Notes under the pieces: generated by a model
The model's database searches: none
What the model was told of the DNA's origin: nothing
Seen by the model: only the letters and a program-made list of their open reading frames with translations
Made by a program: the position numbers and the translations under genes
NCBI GenBank assembly: GCA_963772365.1
Contig: CAVYXA010000001.1
Coordinates: 928,001-992,000 of the forward strand
Length of the DNA: 64,000 bases
Reading direction: 5' to 3'
Source: an uncultured Verrucomicrobiae bacterium
GTDB taxonomy: Bacteria; Verrucomicrobiota; Verrucomicrobiia; Chthoniobacterales; UBA10450
In this document: one piece after another, positions 59,664 to 64,000 of the stretch
Layout of the letters: the number at the start of each line of letters is the position of its first letter
Position numbering within the stretch: position 1 is the stretch's first letter

Positions 59664-62600
59664 TCAATGATGCGCGTTCCAAATTTGGCACAAGCCTGCC
59701 GCCCATTCTTTCAGAGCCGCGCGTGCCTGCTCGACATCTTCAAGCGGCTGCTCCTGATGCGCGACGTATGTGTTTCGGAAGCCGTTGATCTTCTCAATTT
59801 TTTTCACGAATTCTTTGGAAGCAATTGGCGCGAAGTGCGTCTTCAGCGACTCGAAAATTCCGCCGAACGACGGACGGGACGACTTTGCATAAGCAAGAGA
59901 CCAGCGCAAAACACCAATGGGCATAGTCCCTTTTCGATCGACAATTGTTCCTTTGAGGTTACGTGCGTTCCACTTAACCGTATCTCCTTCTTTCGTGGGA
60001 AGCGACGAGATATCTGGCGTAAAGAATTGTTCCAATTGCTCAGGATTTTCCGGAACGTCTGGCCCGAGAAGATCAATCATTAGCCCGCGAGCTGCCTCAT
60101 CCAGTGCGCCGAGCAATGCAGTAAAAGGAGGAGCGAAAGACACGCCTGTTTTTCGTTCGAGATGACGGAACAGACTAACAGCCTGCTCCATGCCTTTTTG
60201 ATATCGTGGCGGAAGTGCTGCGAAGCATTCCGCGCTGATAAACTCGTTTAGATTTACGTCGGCGACACTGGCTTCACCAAGCGCCAATGTGAATTGTGGG
60301 TCGACGCGCTCTGAGAGCAGGTCCGTCAGATGCGTAGCGCAGACAGTTTGTAGCTCACCTAATGCATCGCCAGAGAATCTTTGGAAAACGCCTTCAGGAA
60401 CGTAAAGAAATTTCCAAGGCGTTTTCTTGGACGTTGCTTTGCACCACGCGACCGCCGCTCCAACTTTCAGCGGTACATCTTTATCAACACGCCCTTTGGT
60501 CTCGACCAGTAAGTATTGACCATCTGTTGTGCGTACCAAGAAATCAGGCGTGTAGAACGCGAGACGGCTCGCATCTGTGACGTAGTCTAGCCGCAACGCT
60601 TGGGGGCCAGCATTCTTGCAGAACGCAGCGACATCTGTTGCCTTGTCGAGAAAGTTCGCCATCGCGACTTCGAGTTCACGATTGCATGGCACTAAGTTGA
60701 ACAGTGTTCGTTTGGCTGGAATCGCCGGCTGATTTTGGGAATGTGTAACCTGAAATGGTTTCCAGTTACTAACTCTCGCGGGTTCGCGCTGCGGCAGGCG
60801 CTTACCTTCGATCGTTGTTCGCTTCTGAATTAGAGGAACGAACGTCGCGCGGACGTATTCCCTGACATCTTGTGCCGAGAGCCGCGATAACAAACGCGGG
60901 TCAAACAAATCGAGCTTCTCTGCAAAGAGCATCTCGGTCAGAAACGTTTCGAGTAGAGGAGCGAGAATGGGATGCGTCCCTTTCACGCCCGTCATCGTTT
61001 CGAGTTCATCGCGAAAGAATGCAATAGCTCCAACAGGATTCTGTAACAGCGGAAGCTTAATCTCCATTTGCTCGACGATTTCGTTCGTAAACAAATGACG
61101 GCCTTCGTATCTGATTTCCTCGGTTCGCGGCTCGCCTAGCTTTAGCGGCGGGTATCGCGAAAAGGCCTTGCGAACATCGTCAATTGTTAAGTCGAGTTTC
61201 GGGACACGCAGGAATCCAGCTGTGAGACTCGGTAATTCTAAATCGAGCGAAGCAGGATCCTTCTTTTCCTTGTCGACGTAAATCGTGACGGTGGTCGTCG
61301 GAACGTCATCGACTTCCGCTTCTTCGATTTGTAATCCCTCTTGGCTGAGTTGCTCGCGATAAAGACTCGCAAATGCCGGATGCTCCACGACGGTCACAAC
61401 TTCCGCGACGGCGACATTGCTTCCCGGAGGCGTCATGCGGCGAAGACCACGCCCCAATGTTTGCTCCGGCAAAATATTTGCCTTCGACGTATAAGGCCGA
61501 AGCGGAACGATGGTGGTTACGTTCCGAACGTCCCAACCTTCGCGAAGCATCAGCACCGAAACGATGCATGCGTATGGGTTATCGCCAGAGTCGATCTTGC
61601 GGGACAATTCACGAAGTGCTTTTAGATCATCATCGCTGATGTCTTTTTCATCGGGCTCGAAGACCGTATATCCGCGCTGCTTGGTCGCCTTCTTGTCCAT
61701 CTTCACCTTCAAGTTCGTATGCAAATTTACTGTCTTTCCATTGAGCTCGGAAAACAGCCCAGCGTCGGCATTCAAGCGATGAGCAATTTCATCGGCGGCC
61801 TTGGTATCCTCCGTCATCACAAACAAGAGCGGTTTCTTTCCGCTTTTCTGCCATTCCTCTTTCGATTTCAGCCATCGTTTGTAACCGATGATTAATTGCT
61901 CCTGAAAGCGATCTGACGCATCCGTGGCAGCCCGCGGCTCCCATTTTCTTCCTCTCCCGATGACAGGCGTCTTTACGATTCCGCCGTCCACTGCCTCACC
62001 AAGAGGAGTGTCGCACACGACATGTTGAAAGATGCGTCCGCTGTTATCTTTTGGCGTGGCCGAGAAATCCAGTTGGGCGACGAGTCCTTCGCCTCGTTTC
62101 GCGGCGATCGTTTCATGCAGATATGCGATCGCGTCATTCGCCGCCGAACCTGGATCCCATAAGTGATGTGCTTCGTCATTCATCACCATCACGCGATCAT
62201 GCTCGGTGATGCGCTTGCGCAATTCTGCGCCCGTATCGAGCGCCTTCGCTCGCGATACTGCTGGCCCGACCCAATTGTACGTTTCCGTTTCCTTTTTCCG
62301 GCGCTCACTCGTGTCGTACAGCCGGTGGATGTTCGTTAAATAAAGTGTCCCGCCCGTCGCTGCACCAGTGGCCTCATCTTGTAAGACGACAGACAAATTC
62401 CAATCGCCGCGCCATGCCACTGGAATGAGAGGATCGTTGTCGAAAATGTCTTTGCCTCCTTGCGCCGGCTTGAAATCCATTTTCAGCCGCTCAAAGACAG
62501 TGAGGTTCGGCGCGATGACGACAAAATGTTTTGCCATCGATGAATCGCTCTCGCGTAGCGCGTGAAAGTAACTCCACACCATGGCGAGACTCATCACTTT

Positions 62601-63080
62601 TGTTTTGCCCGCTCCGGTTGCGACCTTGAATGCGTACTTGGGCCATCGATCCTGGTCGGGATTCACTCCAAGTGCTGCCGTCTCGGCGTCTTCGCCGGTG
62701 AATTCCGCTACAACGCCAGATAAAGAAGTAATCGCGCGTACTTCGTAGATGTAGATCAAGGTCTCTATCGCTTCGCGCTGGCAGAAATAATACCTGAACG
62801 GAACCTGCTGATCGCCGACTTGAGTCAGATGCCCCTGTTGAAACCAATGATGGAGCAATTCGCGTGTCGTATCGGACGCTCCCGGATAATCATTGTCTCG
62901 CCAAGCTTTGAGGAGCGGCCGCAAATTTTGGGCAATCGCGATCGGTGTTCTGCGTCGGCCAGTGACTACCCGGGCCGGTTGCCCTTCTGCTTCCGCGCGG
63001 ACGCGATGTCGGTTTGGCTCTTCGTGCGGCGCGAATAGCGGTTCCAGGGCCGAGATGTTGACGTATGGTTCTTCGTTCAC
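59664..63080 (-). CDS. Type III restriction enzyme Res subunit (SF2 helicase plus PD-(D/E)xK) with an extra C-terminal domain
   Basis: YFCQREAIET, ATGAGKT, DEAHH, SATP, LREGWDV, EQTLGRGLRR, YTPDFLV..VETKG. Confidence 0.88.
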   Translation of the reverse strand: MNEEPYVNISALEPLFAPHEEPNRHRVRAEAEGQPARVVTGRRRTPIAIAQNLRPLLKAWRDNDYPGASDTTRELLHHWFQQGHLTQVGDQQVPFRYYFCQREAIETLIYIYEVRAITSLSGVVAEFTGEDAETAALGVNPDQDRWPKYAFKVATGAGKTKVMSLAMVWSYFHALRESDSSMAKHFVVIAPNLTVFERLKMDFKPAQGGKDIFDNDPLIPVAWRGDWNLSVVLQDEATGAATGGTLYLTNIHRLYDTSERRKKETETYNWVGPAVSRAKALDTGAELRKRITEHDRVMVMNDEAHHLWDPGSAANDAIAYLHETIAAKRGEGLVAQLDFSATPKDNSGRIFQHVVCDTPLGEAVDGGIVKTPVIGRGRKWEPRAATDASDRFQEQLIIGYKRWLKSKEEWQKSGKKPLLFVMTEDTKAADEIAHRLNADAGLFSELNGKTVNLHTNLKVKMDKKATKQRGYTVFEPDEKDISDDDLKALRELSRKIDSGDNPYACIVSVLMLREGWDVRNVTTIVPLRPYTSKANILPEQTLGRGLRRMTPPGSNVAVAEVVTVVEHPAFASLYREQLSQEGLQIEEAEVDDVPTTTVTIYVDKEKKDPASLDLELPSLTAGFLRVPKLDLTIDDVRKAFSRYPPLKLGEPRTEEIRYEGRHLFTNEIVEQMEIKLPLLQNPVGAIAFFRDELETMTGVKGTHPILAPLLETFLTEMLFAEKLDLFDPRLLSRLSAQDVREYVRATFVPLIQKRTTIEGKRLPQREPARVSNWKPFQVTHSQNQPAIPAKRTLFNLVPCNRELEVAMANFLDKATDVAAFCKNAGPQALRLDYVTDASRLAFYTPDFLVRTTDGQYLLVETKGRVDKDVPLKVGAAVAWCKATSKKTPWKFLYVPEGVFQRFSGDALGELQTVCATHLTDLLSERVDPQFTLALGEASVADVNLNEFISAECFAALPPRYQKGMEQAVSLFRHLERKTGVSFAPPFTALLGALDEAARGLMIDLLGPDVPENPEQLEQFFTPDISSLPTKEGDTVKWNARNLKGTIVDRKGTMPIGVLRWSLAYAKSSRPSFGGIFESLKTHFAPIASKEFVKKIEKINGFRNTYVAHQEQPLEDVEQARAALKEWAAGLCQIWNAHH

Positions 63081-63472
63081 GTTCGCTCGGCCGTAACCAG
63101 TTTGAGACCGGCAACATTCTCGAAATGCTTTGGATTATGCGTCACGAGCGGCAGACCGTGACGCAATGCAGTCGCAGCTATCCATGAGTCTTCCATCGAC
63201 ATCGTCCGCCCTGCCTTGCGGCAGTTGGCCGACAACTCCGCCCACGTCCAGGCTAGTCTGTCGTCGTATGGGATGGGAATATGCTCCGCGATGTAATCAA
63301 GAAAACGCTTCCGTTTTGCGTCTGAAAATGGTCGCACATAAAGCCATTGGTAAAGTTCTGCGACGGTTACGAAGGCAACGTATCGCGGTTGACCCAGCAG
63401 ATACCGTTCGTAAAGAGCCGCGCGGGTGTCCCGGCGGAAAAAGTAAGAGACGATGTTGGTGTCGAGAAGCAT
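63077..63472 (-). CDS. vapC: PIN-domain (VapC-like) toxin
   Basis: LLDTNIVS, TVAEL, DSWIAATA, LVTHNPKHF. Confidence 0.9.
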   Translation of the reverse strand: MLLDTNIVSYFFRRDTRAALYERYLLGQPRYVAFVTVAELYQWLYVRPFSDAKRKRFLDYIAEHIPIPYDDRLAWTWAELSANCRKAGRTMSMEDSWIAATALRHGLPLVTHNPKHFENVAGLKLVTAERT

Positions 63473-63482
63473 TGGCGACGGC

Positions 63483-63785
63483 TTAAGTCAGTGGATGCTC
63501 CGCTCGCCACTGCTCCAGCGCTTCGTCAAATCCTTCCCAATCCGCCGGGTCGCCGTCACCGTATAAGTCTTCCACTCGTTTCGCCGGCTTGACGCCCTGC
63601 CGCCGAGCCAACTCTTCCGCGCTCAAGTTATCCCAAAAACTTCCGTAGCGCGGGTCAGGCGCGATGGTTGTTCCGCCGTTGGAGATCAGTTCCTCGCGCA
63701 ACTTCATAAATTCAGACAAGGGCAGCACGACAAACTCCGGCTTTCCGTTCTTACTCAATATTTCTGGATGCAATTCCATCGTCAT
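63483..63785 (-). CDS. Antitoxin (Phd/YefM-like N-terminus, acidic C-terminus)
   Basis: ILSKNGKPEFVVLPLSEF; directly upstream of the PIN gene. Confidence 0.7.
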   Translation of the reverse strand: MTMELHPEILSKNGKPEFVVLPLSEFMKLREELISNGGTTIAPDPRYGSFWDNLSAEELARRQGVKPAKRVEDLYGDGDPADWEGFDEALEQWRAEHPLT

Positions 63786-63847
63786 TCACCTCGTTTCTTT
63801 GCTTGCCCGCCGTAGCCCTGGCGAAGGCGGGTCGATCTTATATTCTA

Positions 63848-64000
63848 TCATACTTTCACTTCCACCGTGATACTGGTGTCACAACCGAAGACATCGACCA
63901 CCTTCACACACGCGGTGTATTTTCCCGCCTTCGGGTATTTCTTGAATCCCGCATCGCTGGTCGTCTTCAGGCTCCGATCTTTGCGCGTGCGATAATCCTG
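63848..64000 (-). CDS. C-terminus of a type III R-M DNA methyltransferase (Mod), partial
   Basis: Manual translation QDYRTRKDRSLKTTSDAGFKKYPKAGKYTACVKVVDVFGCDTSITVEVKV*; VKVVDxFG is typical of Mod C-termini. Confidence 0.75.
   Translation of the reverse strand, partial: QDYRTRKDRSLKTTSDAGFKKYPKAGKYTACVKVVDVFGCDTSITVEVKV

Noticed and set aside
1..64000. tRNA, rRNA, riboswitch, transposase or prophage genes
   Set aside because: None recognised by eye; covariance-model searches such as tRNAscan-SE and Infernal/Rfam were not possible.

Overview
GC-rich bacterial chromosomal segment. Gene content and repeat families suggest a soil Verrucomicrobiota (Chthoniobacterales / Ca. Udaeobacter-like) genome; this is inference, as there is no rRNA in the window. 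Most of it is housekeeping or envelope function: manC, a carbamoyltransferase, TamA/TamB-like pair, pilT, rpsU, heme operon, apt, lysS, PaoABCD-mocA, PBP1A, uvrB and a ketosynthase pair. Many frameshifts, densest at about 43-57 kb, look like long-read consensus errors. The best novelty candidate is a four-gene operon of secreted proteins at 32.5-37.0 kb. Two of them share a ~220-aa paralogous domain with a lone conserved Cys (GVCL[D/E]RxKPP) and a QWSVW motif, resembling thioester/TQXA domains, and one copy is fused to a stripped-down secretin-like domain. Other highlights: (i) a grpE, lidless Hsp70, HPD-less J-like/FGE-sulfatase module coupled to the heme operon; (ii) a type III restriction-modification locus with a PIN toxin-antitoxin pair between mod and res and a HEPN-like extension on Res; (iii) duplicated hsdM-like remnants; (iv) several palindromic REP-like repeat families that sit in frame inside proteins or supply start and stop codons.
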